A stretch of 64,000 nt of DNA, taken from IMG/VR virus record IMGVR_UViG_3300047323_000673, positions 116,808 through 180,807 of that record. One strand, written 5' to 3'. Position 1 is the first letter of the stretch, and each line of letters starts with the position of its first letter. Position numbers and translations under genes: made by a program. This DNA comes from a virus. This document shows positions 28,247-37,041 of this stretch, piece by piece. The notes under the pieces are model-generated. The model did not search any database. It saw only the letters and a list, made by a program, of their open reading frames with translations, and had not been told where the DNA came from.

Positions 28247-29131
28247 TTAATCACGATAATCTACACTGCCAACACCTGTATTTTGAATAAATACATTTTT
28301 TATACCGCTATAAGTAACATTACCAACACCCGTAGATTTACCTAAAATCTCTTTAGTAGCATAAATTTCAATATCACCTGTTCCAGAAGCATAAAAATCA
28401 ACTTTTTCAGCTTTTAGCTTAAACAAATTAACCTCGCCAGCACTGGTATTCTCCATCTTTACAGAATTTGCCGAACCAACAATATTAATATCGCCAGTTC
28501 CAGAGTTTTCAATTTTTAAAAAGTCACACTCTAAATTACCCGTAAACTCTCCTGCACTATTGTTTTCAACTTGAACAGAATCTGCTGAACCATTAAAATT
28601 AATATCACCCGTACCAGAATTTTTAATATTAATATTATTGCTTATAAAATTACCATTAAACTTCCCTGCACTATTATTAAAAATATCAATAAAATCAGAT
28701 TTGCCAGAAAGAGAAATATTTCCAGTTCCCAAATTTTTTAAATCTAAAGAATTACCAATAAAATTACCATCAAGCTCACCAGCACTAGAATTTTTAATTT
28801 TAGCAAGATTATGAGTTTGTAGAGTAATTTTAATATTACCAAATGACTCATTGACTGCACTAGAACTAATAACAAGAGTGCCATTTTGCTCAACAAGATG
28901 AATTTTATTGATTTGATCTTCTGGTGCCTCAAGAGTGGCAAAATCAGATTTATTAATTGGATTATTATCTAATGCAACATCAAAAATTGTATCATTAACA
29001 ATCGAAGTAATATTTTCAAACTTAAATTCTTTATTGACAAGAGATTGATTATTCATATTTGCGCCCACATTAATACTGTTTGTAGAATTTTTACCATTAA
29101 AAAAGTTGAAAAAACTGTTCAAAATGTTCAT
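28247..29131 (-). CDS. GIN/DUF2807-like beta-helix repeat protein
   Basis: Regular repeats NNSAG(E/K)FxGN and NSGTGDI, ending GVGNVTYSG...GVGSV; start uncertain. Confidence 0.75.
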   Translation of the reverse strand: MNILNSFFNFFNGKNSTNSINVGANMNNQSLVNKEFKFENITSIVNDTIFDVALDNNPINKSDFATLEAPEDQINKIHLVEQNGTLVISSSAVNESFGNIKITLQTHNLAKIKNSSAGELDGNFIGNSLDLKNLGTGNISLSGKSDFIDIFNNSAGKFNGNFISNNINIKNSGTGDINFNGSADSVQVENNSAGEFTGNLECDFLKIENSGTGDINIVGSANSVKMENTSAGEVNLFKLKAEKVDFYASGTGDIEIYATKEILGKSTGVGNVTYSGIKNVFIQNTGVGSVDYRD

Positions 29132-29306
29132 GTTCGCCTTAATAATAATGGTTAATCGGAATATTAAAATCATACCACAGTTTTAAAATAATTTGGTAAG
29201 ATAGCAAAAATATTTTTAATTTTTGTTGTTTGTTTTTAGGGTAAAATAATAAGTCATAAAAAAAGCAGGCATCTCTACCTGCAAATTTTTAAAATATTAT
29301 CCTACT

Positions 29307-30488
29307 TTAGAAAGGTGTTGCCTCAAAAGGTAAAGTTTTGTCTTTACTTATCCATTGACCAACTAATTTACCTCCAATAATTCTGAACTTAAGTTTTGGC
29401 TGCTCTTCTTTTTTCATATCGGAGTTTGCTGAATCTTCAGTAAGAATATATTCCCCTTTTTTAAGAGCTTCAGCATCGACATTTAAATTAATCTGCTTTT
29501 TATATTTAGTGTAATAATATCTTTCTCCATAATAACGAGAATCATTATCGCTATTTTTTCTCAAAAGTCTTTTAGTATCTCCAAGATAAAGAACCATATC
29601 TATTTTACCAATTTTTCCTTGATATAATTGAGAATAAGGATTAATTATAGGGACTTCACCATTACCTTCTCCAAAAACAACATATTTACCATATTCTGTT
29701 AAATATTGCTTTAAATCTTCACCTTTTAAGGAGTAATTAAAATCGCCTAAGTCATCTAAAGCTCTCATAGCATGATTTGAGCATCTGCCATGATTAAAAA
29801 TTATTGCGTTGTTAGAAACAGAAATCCAACCTGGATTTTTTTTATAAAGATCATAGTGACTATCTATATCATACCAATCTGATAAGCAAAGTTCATACAT
29901 AGAAATTGTTTCTTCAATCCTTTCTATTTCTTCTTTTTTATTTTTACCTTTAATACCTTTTTTTTCTTTTTCTAATTTTGCCATATAGTTTTTAAGAACT
30001 TTAGCATGCTCCCTACTTACGATTTTAGCTATTTTTCCAAATGCATCCGATTTAATAAGCTCTTGAGCAGTTAAAACTCTTCCATTCCTAGTATCAAACT
30101 GAACTTCCGTTTCAGAAGATTCACAATATGCACCACATCCTTCCATATAAAAAGAAAAATCAATAACTCTGCCCTCATTGATAAGTGTCATACCTGAAAA
30201 TGAGAAATCACTAATATTAAGACCGTTAATCGTCTTAATTGGCTCACCATTGGGAGGCAATGTTTCAAGAATATAATGATGAAGAAATGTATTTATTTGC
30301 TTAGCAGCTTTAACATCCTCACTGACAACAAAAGGAAATTGAATTTTTATTTTTTCACCACCATCATAAACCGGCCCAAGCTCATAACTAATAGGTTTGT
30401 TCTCAAAAGTGGCAGCATTGGTTAAATCACTTACCAATAACATACTTAAAGCTAAAGCAATATAATTTTTTTTCATCAAAATCTCCAA
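29307..30488 (-). CDS. Exported hypothetical protein
   Basis: Signal peptide (ALALSMLLVSDLTNA); paired Cys (GCGAYC, GRCSNH). Confidence 0.6.
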   Translation of the reverse strand: MEILMKKNYIALALSMLLVSDLTNAATFENKPISYELGPVYDGGEKIKIQFPFVVSEDVKAAKQINTFLHHYILETLPPNGEPIKTINGLNISDFSFSGMTLINEGRVIDFSFYMEGCGAYCESSETEVQFDTRNGRVLTAQELIKSDAFGKIAKIVSREHAKVLKNYMAKLEKEKKGIKGKNKKEEIERIEETISMYELCLSDWYDIDSHYDLYKKNPGWISVSNNAIIFNHGRCSNHAMRALDDLGDFNYSLKGEDLKQYLTEYGKYVVFGEGNGEVPIINPYSQLYQGKIGKIDMVLYLGDTKRLLRKNSDNDSRYYGERYYYTKYKKQINLNVDAEALKKGEYILTEDSANSDMKKEEQPKLKFRIIGGKLVGQWISKDKTLPFEATPF

Positions 30489-30674
30489 ATTTTGTGAATA
30501 ATAACAAAAGCATTAAAAAAGTAAATAAATCACCAAAATTAAAATCATTGTGTTATAATTCTTTTTGTTAAGTTACAGCAAAACTTAACAATAATAAATA
30601 AATTAAAATAGCTGTACATTTTAAGAAATCTAATTTATAATTAATTTTTAGCTTAACCAATAAAGGATATAAAT

Positions 30675-31265
30675 ATGAAAAAAACTCTGGCGATTTTTGC
30701 AATTCTGACTTCTGTTATGCTGTCTGGCTGTGGTTACAATACTATTCAAGAACAAGATGAGCAAGTCACTGCAAATTGGTCTGAAGTGGTAAACCAATAT
30801 AAGCGTCGTGCCGATCTAATTCCTAACTTGGTAAATGTTGTTCAAGGTTATGCTTCACATGAAAAAGACACCCTTACTGCGGTGACTGAAGCTCGTTCTA
30901 AAGCTACCTCAATTGTTCTAACTCCTGAAGCACTGAAAGATCCTAAAGCAATGGAAGCATTCCAAAATGCTCAAGCCCAAATGAGTTCGGCTCTATCACG
31001 CCTAATGAGTGTTGCAGAAAATTACCCTGAACTGAAAGCAAATACAAATTTCCGTGATCTTCAGTCTCAACTTGAGGGCACTGAAAATCGTATTACTGTG
31101 GCTCGTAATCGTTATATTTCTTCAGTTAAAGATTACAATCTAACTATTCGTAAATTCCCAACGAATTTGACCGCTAGTATGTTTAAATATGATGTTAAAC
31201 CACAATTTACTGTAGAAAATGAAGCTGCAATTTCTAGTGCTCCTGCTGTCAAGTTTGGTAAATAA
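30675..31265 (+). CDS. lemA: LemA family protein
   Basis: LSGCGYN, QYKRRADLIPNLV, ENYPELKAN, LEGTENRITVAR. Confidence 0.95.
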   Translation: MKKTLAIFAILTSVMLSGCGYNTIQEQDEQVTANWSEVVNQYKRRADLIPNLVNVVQGYASHEKDTLTAVTEARSKATSIVLTPEALKDPKAMEAFQNAQAQMSSALSRLMSVAENYPELKANTNFRDLQSQLEGTENRITVARNRYISSVKDYNLTIRKFPTNLTASMFKYDVKPQFTVENEAAISSAPAVKFGK

Positions 31266-31266
31266 A

Positions 31267-32202
31267 ATGAACAAGTTCATTACCTCACTGATGTTGGTAA
31301 TGGCAATGGTTGTAGGCTCTGTTGCATTTGCAGCGGAGCCTGCTCCCACAGAAATTGTGGTGCCAGAACTGACTAAACAAGCTGTATTTTTGACTAAAGA
31401 GGCAATTTCACAAGATGAACAGCAAAAGATTTTAAATGCTTTGCAAGCTTTAGAGGTAAAAAATAAAGTAGCAATGACAGTTCTTGTTGTTGATTCAGTT
31501 TCTCCATTTGAAATTGAAGAATACAGCATTAAAGTTGCTGAGAAATGGAAAGTTGGTAAATCAAAAGAAGATAATGGTCTGATTCTTATTGTCGCTACAC
31601 AGGACAAAAAGGCTCGTATTGAAGTTGGATACGGCATGGAAGGAAAAATTACTGATGCAGTATCATCTCGTATTCTAAATGATTATGCTACACCTGAATT
31701 TAAAAATAAAAATTGGTATGGTGGTATTATGCAAGTCATTGGTAGAGTAGACAACATTGCAAGTGATAAACCTATTGATGCTCCGTTAAGTGCAGATATT
31801 ACTAATACTTCTGTATTAAAAAATAAGAAATCAAATGATGAAGATGCAGTTATTATGGCTATTATTTCATTCTTCACCACTAAAATTGGTCAAACAATTT
31901 TAATTGGTTTTATTATTGGTGGAATTGCTAATTTTACTCAAAATATTTTTGGTGCAGTTAAAGCAAGTGGTATTGGTGCAGTAGTTTCGGGAACAATTTC
32001 ATTTTTTGTTGTTGATGGTTATTTTTATATTGCTGCAATTTCGGGTGCTATTTTTGGATTAATTGGAATTATGTGGCTATTAGATGTAATTCAAATTATT
32101 CTATCTGCTCGTGGTGGTGGCGGAAGTGGTGGTTCAAGCTCTAATCGTTATTCTGGTGGTGGCGGTAAATTTGGTGGTGGTGGTTCATCATCAAGTTGGT
32201 AA
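31267..32202 (+). CDS. TPM-domain (YgcG-like) membrane protein
   Basis: FEIEEYSIKVAEKWKVG, DNGLILIVA, RIEVGYGMEG; Gly-rich GGGKFGGGGSSSSW tail; start at 31267 just after lemA. Confidence 0.9.
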   Translation: MNKFITSLMLVMAMVVGSVAFAAEPAPTEIVVPELTKQAVFLTKEAISQDEQQKILNALQALEVKNKVAMTVLVVDSVSPFEIEEYSIKVAEKWKVGKSKEDNGLILIVATQDKKARIEVGYGMEGKITDAVSSRILNDYATPEFKNKNWYGGIMQVIGRVDNIASDKPIDAPLSADITNTSVLKNKKSNDEDAVIMAIISFFTTKIGQTILIGFIIGGIANFTQNIFGAVKASGIGAVVSGTISFFVVDGYFYIAAISGAIFGLIGIMWLLDVIQIILSARGGGGSGGSSSNRYSGGGGKFGGGGSSSSW

Positions 32203-32228
32203 TTTAAATATAAAATAAATAAAAATGC

Positions 32229-32268
32229 TTGCACTAAAATCCATGCTGCCTTATAATGGTGGCATGGA
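32229..32268 (+). promoter_or_regulatory. Sigma70-type promoter whose -10 box sits in the loop of an inverted repeat
   Basis: TTGCAC-N17-TATAAT (32229..32257); arms CCATGCTGCC / GGTGGCATGG flank TTATAAT. Confidence 0.6.
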
Positions 32269-32308
32269 CTCGTTCTGCGATATTAAAATAATCTAATAAG
32301 GATTAAAT

Positions 32309-33304
32309 ATGATTAAAAGGTTTTTTCTAGTAACAATTCTTTTCTTTTTCTCTAATTTTTCTTTTGCTAATTCAGATATTAAAATTCCTGAATTGGTTGG
32401 TCGTGCTATGTTTGAAGGAAGCGTTCAACCTACGGAATCCCAAAAAGAAAACCTTACTGCTGCTCTACGAAATTTAGAGGCTGAAAACAAAGTTCAAATG
32501 GGTGTATTGGTTGTAGATAGTGTTAAACCATACTCTATTGAAGAATATTCCATCATGGTTGCTGAAAAATGGAAAATTGGACAAAAAGGAGTTGATAATG
32601 GTGTTTTAATGGTTGTGGCTACTAAAGACCGTAAAGCTCGTATTGAGGTAGGCAATGGTCTACAAGGCTCTCTAACAGATGCAATGTCAAAACGAATCCA
32701 AGTAGAAAAAATGGTTCCTGAATTTAAAAAGGGACAATTTATTGATGGAATTATTGCCACTGTAAATGGAATTAAAGAGGTTACAGTTAAAGAAACTCCT
32801 GTAATTACACAAGCTCTTGAAGTGAAAAAAGCTAAAGAAGCATCAAATGAAATGTCACCTGGGGCTGTATTTTTACTAATTTTTGGTAGTATTGCTGGAT
32901 TTGTTGGCATTATTACTTATTTTGTAGTTAAGAATACTAAAAATAAAGAAGCTGCAAGAAAACGCCGTGAAGCTGATCTTGCTGAATATTCTCGTCGCCA
33001 AAATCAATATTCAGAATCAGTTTCAAAATATAGAAATAGTAGTGGTGGAGGATATAGTAGGGGCAGATCTAGTTCATCTTCTCGTTCTACTTCAAGTGCT
33101 AGTTCATCTATTAAACAAACAAGTGGAACTAGTAAATCAACATCAACAAATTCAGGATATACAGGTTATTCATCTAATAGTGATGATATCAACAAAAATA
33201 AGTCTAATGATTCAAGCTACAGTCCTAGTATCTCTAATAATTCAGATACTGGAATTAGCGGTGGTGGTTCATTTAATGGTGGTGGCTCCACTACAGATTG
33301 GTAA
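32309..33304 (+). CDS. Second TPM-domain membrane protein with Ser/Gly-rich C-terminus
   Basis: YSIEEYSIMVAEKWKIG, DNGVLMVVA, RIEVGNGLQG; ends GGGSFNGGGSTTDW. Confidence 0.9.
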   Translation: MIKRFFLVTILFFFSNFSFANSDIKIPELVGRAMFEGSVQPTESQKENLTAALRNLEAENKVQMGVLVVDSVKPYSIEEYSIMVAEKWKIGQKGVDNGVLMVVATKDRKARIEVGNGLQGSLTDAMSKRIQVEKMVPEFKKGQFIDGIIATVNGIKEVTVKETPVITQALEVKKAKEASNEMSPGAVFLLIFGSIAGFVGIITYFVVKNTKNKEAARKRREADLAEYSRRQNQYSESVSKYRNSSGGGYSRGRSSSSSRSTSSASSSIKQTSGTSKSTSTNSGYTGYSSNSDDINKNKSNDSSYSPSISNNSDTGISGGGSFNGGGSTTDW

Positions 33305-33309
33305 TAAAG

Positions 33310-33335
33310 AAAGCTCACAATAGTGGGCTTTTTTT
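33310..33335 (+). terminator. Intrinsic terminator
   Basis: AAAGCTCAC-AATA-GTGGGCTTT plus T-run. Confidence 0.8.
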
Positions 33336-33400
33336 ATTTTAATAATTGCTGAAAAATCACGAATATAATATAATAAGAATAACTTAAAAAGGGGGTATAA

Positions 33401-33829
33401 ATGATTAAATTAGCCAACGCATCAATTTTGGCATTATTTTCAACCAATGTTTTAGCTATGGAAGATAAAGCTTTAAATAAGGTTGATATGGCAGGAGCAA
33501 TGATTTTGACCATTCCCTTAGTGATTCTATTTTGTACAGTATTTATTTATTACAAAAATAAGAAAAAAGTAGTAACTAAAAAATCATATGCATCAACCAA
33601 TGTAATTGTTGAGCAAAGTAAATATAACCTACCTAAATCAGAGTCAAATAAAAAAGGAAGTGGAAATTTAGTAGATTCAATAGATGCAATTACTGATTTA
33701 GTTCCAAACCATGCAACAAAAGTAGCCTCGGCTGTAGTTACTACTGATTTAATTAGTAATGGTGGGGATATGAGTGGTGGTGGTTCATCTTTGGATTTTG
33801 ATTTAGATTTTGATTTTGATTGGGATTAA
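33401..33829 (+). CDS. Small membrane protein with acidic/aromatic repeat tail
   Basis: Signal peptide, TM segment, basic stop-transfer; ends GGDMSGGGSSLDFDLDFDFDWD. Confidence 0.65.
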   Translation: MIKLANASILALFSTNVLAMEDKALNKVDMAGAMILTIPLVILFCTVFIYYKNKKKVVTKKSYASTNVIVEQSKYNLPKSESNKKGSGNLVDSIDAITDLVPNHATKVASAVVTTDLISNGGDMSGGGSSLDFDLDFDFDWD

Positions 33830-33830
33830 A

Positions 33831-34012
33831 ATGAGATATTTATTTCAAATATTGCCATTATTTTTTTTTGTGAATAATGCTTTAGCAGCAAATTTAGAAA
33901 AAAAGATGCATTAACTATTACTTTAATTTTTATTATTGCCCAAATTCTTTCCATTATAGGAATTGTTAGCTTAGGTTTTAAAAAGAAAAACAAAAATAAA
34001 TCGGATAAATAG
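33831..34012 (+). pseudogene. Frameshifted small membrane protein (60 aa if -1 shifted)
   Basis: MRYLFQILPLFFFVNNALAANLEKK stops at 33914 in frame 0; the -1 frame from the A7 run continues DALTITLIFIIAQILSIIGIVSLGFKKKNKNKSDK. Confidence 0.5.
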
Positions 34013-34020
34013 TTGAAATA

Positions 34021-34047
34021 AAAAGCTCATATAAATGAGCTTTTTTA
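34021..34047 (+). terminator. Intrinsic terminator
   Basis: AAAAGCTCAT-ATAA-ATGAGCTTTT plus T-run. Confidence 0.8.
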
Positions 34048-34051
34048 TTTA

Positions 34052-34080
34052 TTGCTTAAAATCTTTAATTAATTTATAAT
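34052..34080 (+). promoter_or_regulatory. Sigma70-type promoter for the RNase H gene
   Basis: TTGCTT-N17-TATAAT. Confidence 0.7.
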
Positions 34081-34104
34081 CCAATAAATTTTAAGGATTT
34101 TAAA

Positions 34105-35076
34105 ATGCGTATTTTCTATACCGATGGTTCATATGGCAAAAGTAGAATGGATGCTGGTGGTTGGGCTTATTTAGAAGTATTAAATAATGAAATTGTTTTA
34201 GAAAAATGGGATGCTGATTTTTCTGTTGATCTGACTAGTAATCAAATGGAAATGAAGGCCGTTATTGAAGCTTTAAAAATAATTAAAGATGGTGAAAGTG
34301 CAGAAATTTATAGTGATTGCCAATATGTAGTTAAAGGTATTAGTGAATGGATTTTTGTTTGAATAAAAAACAATTGGATCACATCCAAAGATGAACCTGT
34401 TCTAAATAAAGAATTATGGTTAGAAATTTTAGAATTAACTCAAAACAAACATATTAATTGGATTTGGGTTAGAAGTCACAATAAAAATAAATATAATCAT
34501 CGAGTTGATGAATTAGCTTGTTTAGCTTATGTTGAACCTGAAGAGTTAAACCCTAAAACAGAACAAGTTAATGAAATAAATCTAGATGTGGGTAATTTAA
34601 TTTATTTTGATGATCCATCAAAAAAATATATTGTTATGCTAAATAATATAATCTTAAATAATGATTCAGGTTTTTTAGCTAAACTTTTAGCAAATAATTT
34701 AGGAACTGAAACCCAGTTTTTTTCTTATGAAACAAAGCCAAATATTGTGGATCAAAAGTCCGATAAAGAATCACGAATAGTATTCAAAGCAGTAGAACAA
34801 TTCAAAAATAAAGTATCACAATCTTTTAAAGATATGAAAAATTCTTGTCATCATAAAATAAAAGATATAGATGAGAGTGCTTTTTGCTCTTTATGCGATA
34901 GAGATTTTGGTTGGTATTGTGTAGAATCAAAAGATAAATGCTGCCACTATTTTAGTGAAAAAGGGAAAGTAAAACTAATTACGGGTGAATTAGTTGATGT
35001 TCCAAAAGATCATGACCCGTATAATGAAGATTATGATTGGTGTATTTTCTGTGGTGCTCCTGAGGAACGAAAGTGA
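34105..35076 (+). pseudogene. rnhA: RNase HI fused to a Cys-rich domain, interrupted by one in-frame TGA (34360..34362)
   Basis: YTDGS, NQMEMKA, YSDCQYV, EWIFV*IKNNW, NKELW, WVRSH, RVDELA in one frame, continuing into the 34588..35076 ORF (CSLC, GWYC, CCHY, CIFCGAPEERK). Confidence 0.8.
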
Positions 35077-35078
35077 AT

Positions 35079-35105
35079 AAAAAAGCCTTGAGATTCAAGG
35101 CTTTT
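35079..35105. terminator. Bidirectional intrinsic terminator
   Basis: AAAAAAGCCTTGA-GAT-TCAAGGCTTTT. Confidence 0.85.
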
Positions 35106-35108
35106 ATT

Positions 35109-35582
35109 TTATTTGTTTTTTATAACAATTCCTGCATCAGCTTGTGCTCTATCTCTAGCTTCTTTAATCCTATTAAATAATTTATCATCTTCTTCCTTCA
35201 TATTTAAATTAGTGCATAAATATTCATATGCTCTATCTAAAGTATAAAATGTTTCATTAGTAGATGTCTTAAGATTTTCTACAACAGATAAGTGCATAAT
35301 TAAACCTGGTTTTTTATCTTTTCCATTTGGGCAAGTTCTAGAGATAAAATTATTTTCATATTTTTTACCATTATTCAAACTTACAACATCAATAAAAACT
35401 CCATTACTTTCCTCTTTATAATCAATAAGCCTAAATGCTTGTAATGGTGAACGATCTACCGCAAGAAAGTCTTCTTCAATATCTTTTGTTACCGTGTAAT
35501 TCCCAATTAAACTAACAATTAATACAAGAGCAGATACTGCACCAATACCAATAGAGATTTTTCTTTTTAGCTCATCATCCAT
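35109..35582 (-). CDS. Hypothetical membrane-anchored protein
   Basis: Probable start at 35582 (AAAGG upstream); N-terminal TM. Confidence 0.6.
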   Translation of the reverse strand: MDDELKRKISIGIGAVSALVLIVSLIGNYTVTKDIEEDFLAVDRSPLQAFRLIDYKEESNGVFIDVVSLNNGKKYENNFISRTCPNGKDKKPGLIMHLSVVENLKTSTNETFYTLDRAYEYLCTNLNMKEEDDKLFNRIKEARDRAQADAGIVIKNK

Positions 35583-35689
35583 AATATTACCTTTAAAAAT
35601 TTTCTTCATTATATAAATAAGTAGGAAAAGGTCAACCATTTATTAAATTTTGTGTTAAAATGAAGAATAATTGAAAACAAAGGATTTAT

Positions 35690-36058
35690 ATGCCATTTTT
35701 TATGTCAATTGCAATCGCAATTTTTTTTCATGAATTCATGATTACTTATGCTTCCGTTGCAGCAGGAGTAGCAATGCCAGCAGCATGGGTTATTTTCTTT
35801 TTAAGCTTATATATTTTGGAAAATATTAAACCAATTAAACTTTTAAATAGTGCTACTAAATTGCTTGCAGAAAAAAGAAAAGAGAATAATCAAAAAATTT
35901 TAGAGCTAGAAAAAGAAATTGATAATACTCATAATGAGATTCAAGAATTAAAGCATCAAATAAACGAGTTAAAGAATCAATTAAATATTATTCAAAATAA
36001 ACCAATTGAACATACAATGGAAGCTGAATTAAATTTTTTTAAAAAAACACAAAAATAA
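35690..36058 (+). CDS. Hypothetical membrane protein with coiled coil
   Basis: Two hydrophobic segments followed by a heptad-rich tail. Confidence 0.6.
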   Translation: MPFFMSIAIAIFFHEFMITYASVAAGVAMPAAWVIFFLSLYILENIKPIKLLNSATKLLAEKRKENNQKILELEKEIDNTHNEIQELKHQINELKNQLNIIQNKPIEHTMEAELNFFKKTQK

Positions 36059-36059
36059 A

Positions 36060-36088
36060 TTGCAAAAATAAGTGAGTTAATATATAAT
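36060..36088 (+). promoter_or_regulatory. Sigma70-type promoter reading into an ORF-less structured region
   Basis: TTGCAA-N17-TATAAT. Confidence 0.7.
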
Positions 36089-36094
36089 TAATTT

Positions 36095-36330
36095 ACGCTC
36101 TTGTTGGAAACAAGATAGTGGCAACAATCCACGATGAAATATCCTAACCAGATATATTTGTGACACTAGGAAAGACTGGCGCTCTACTAAGCGATAATTA
36201 GACTTAATTGTAATGGGGTACTGTGAAGCTTGGAGATAAGTAGTAGCACGCAATTGGCCACTGTTGTGTATGCAAATCTTTGAAGAGTGGAGTCCATGAA
36301 TTAAGTCTAGTAGTTCAAAATACCCCAAAC
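36095..36330 (+). ncRNA. Candidate structured non-coding RNA, family unassigned
   Basis: Own promoter; GC visibly above background; long-range complementarities 36199-36209/36299-36309 (11 bp), 36214-36220/36321-36327 (7 bp) and 36117-36122/36257-36262, plus hairpin 36099-36115. Confidence 0.5.
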
Positions 36331-36394
36331 TATTGATTTCTTTAGGTTGACTTTTTCTATAATTTAAAATAAAACCATATTATTACAAGTTAAG

Positions 36395-36697
36395 GTGATA
36401 ATAATGGGCAAAAAGAACGACTTAGATTTACAAACATTCCAAATATATCAGGATGAGGAGACAACAACCCCACCATCTGAAGAAAATATACAGAAAAAAA
36501 AGAAATTTAGTATGCCCTCTTTTGCAAAAAAAGCAAAAGGGTCAAATTCAGTTGATGCAGAGAATAATACTGATGAACATCCATCTGATTCAGTTTCAGT
36601 TAATAAATCAGGTAATGTTAAAACAATATTAAAGGGAATAGGTATTGGTTTTGCAATTGTATTAATAATAGTGCTAGCTGATCAGCTAAGGAAATAA
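36395..36697 (+). CDS. Hypothetical tail-anchored membrane protein
   Basis: Disordered acidic N-terminus and a single C-terminal TM segment. Confidence 0.55.
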   Translation: MIIMGKKNDLDLQTFQIYQDEETTTPPSEENIQKKKKFSMPSFAKKAKGSNSVDAENNTDEHPSDSVSVNKSGNVKTILKGIGIGFAIVLIIVLADQLRK

Positions 36698-36714
36698 TTA
36701 AACTTTTAAAAAAT

Positions 36715-36742
36715 AAAAAACCTTGTTTAAACAAGGTTTTTT
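36715..36742. terminator. Bidirectional intrinsic terminator
   Basis: AAAAAACCTTGTT-TA-AACAAGGTTTTTT. Confidence 0.8.
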
Positions 36743-36743
36743 A

Positions 36744-36992
36744 TTACATTCCTGTAAACATTTGGTTGCTAAATAAGATCCGTAATACAGCAATATTTTC
36801 AGACAAAGAAACTTTAGCATATGGTTTTGGAGAATCTACCTTTTTAAAATAATAAAACCCTTCCACTTGATGAATTTGCTGTAAACCTGGCTCAAGTTGA
36901 GCACCTCCGATTTTTACAGCTTCATCTAAAGTAAAAATTGCAAAATCAATTCTTCGTCCAGCATTTAACATAATAAAAGTTCCCAAAATCAA
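36744..36992 (-). CDS. Hypothetical protein
   Basis: 82-aa ORF; start uncertain. Confidence 0.45.
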   Translation of the reverse strand: MILGTFIMLNAGRRIDFAIFTLDEAVKIGGAQLEPGLQQIHQVEGFYYFKKVDSPKPYAKVSLSENIAVLRILFSNQMFTGM

Positions 36993-37041
36993 TAATCATG
37001 AGAGGAATTATACATCAAACCGCCAAATATTAAAAGCAATT

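Noticed and set aside
14038-33323. Other short overlapping ORFs (14038, 14745, 18273, 18615, 19350, 24808, 25626, 27868, 27900, 28744, 31140, 31683, 32494, 32967)
   Set aside because: They are antisense or out-of-frame shadows of confidently assigned genes.
34360-34362. Genome-wide UGA=Trp recoding (code 4)
   Set aside because: Trp is encoded by TGG in the genes checked, and TGA terminates genes precisely after the conserved tail and in ATGA overlaps. Only one Trp-aligned TGA was found.
36160-36185. AGGAAAGACTGG resembling the RNase P RNA GAGGAAAGUCC motif
   Set aside because: The match is imperfect, the complementary strand lies upstream rather than at the 3' end, and no CR-V-like motif is seen.
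36077-36328. 83-aa minus-strand ORF
   Set aside because: No convincing RBS and atypical composition; it ends inside a plus-strand promoter. The region is better explained as a structured RNA, though coding is not formally excluded.
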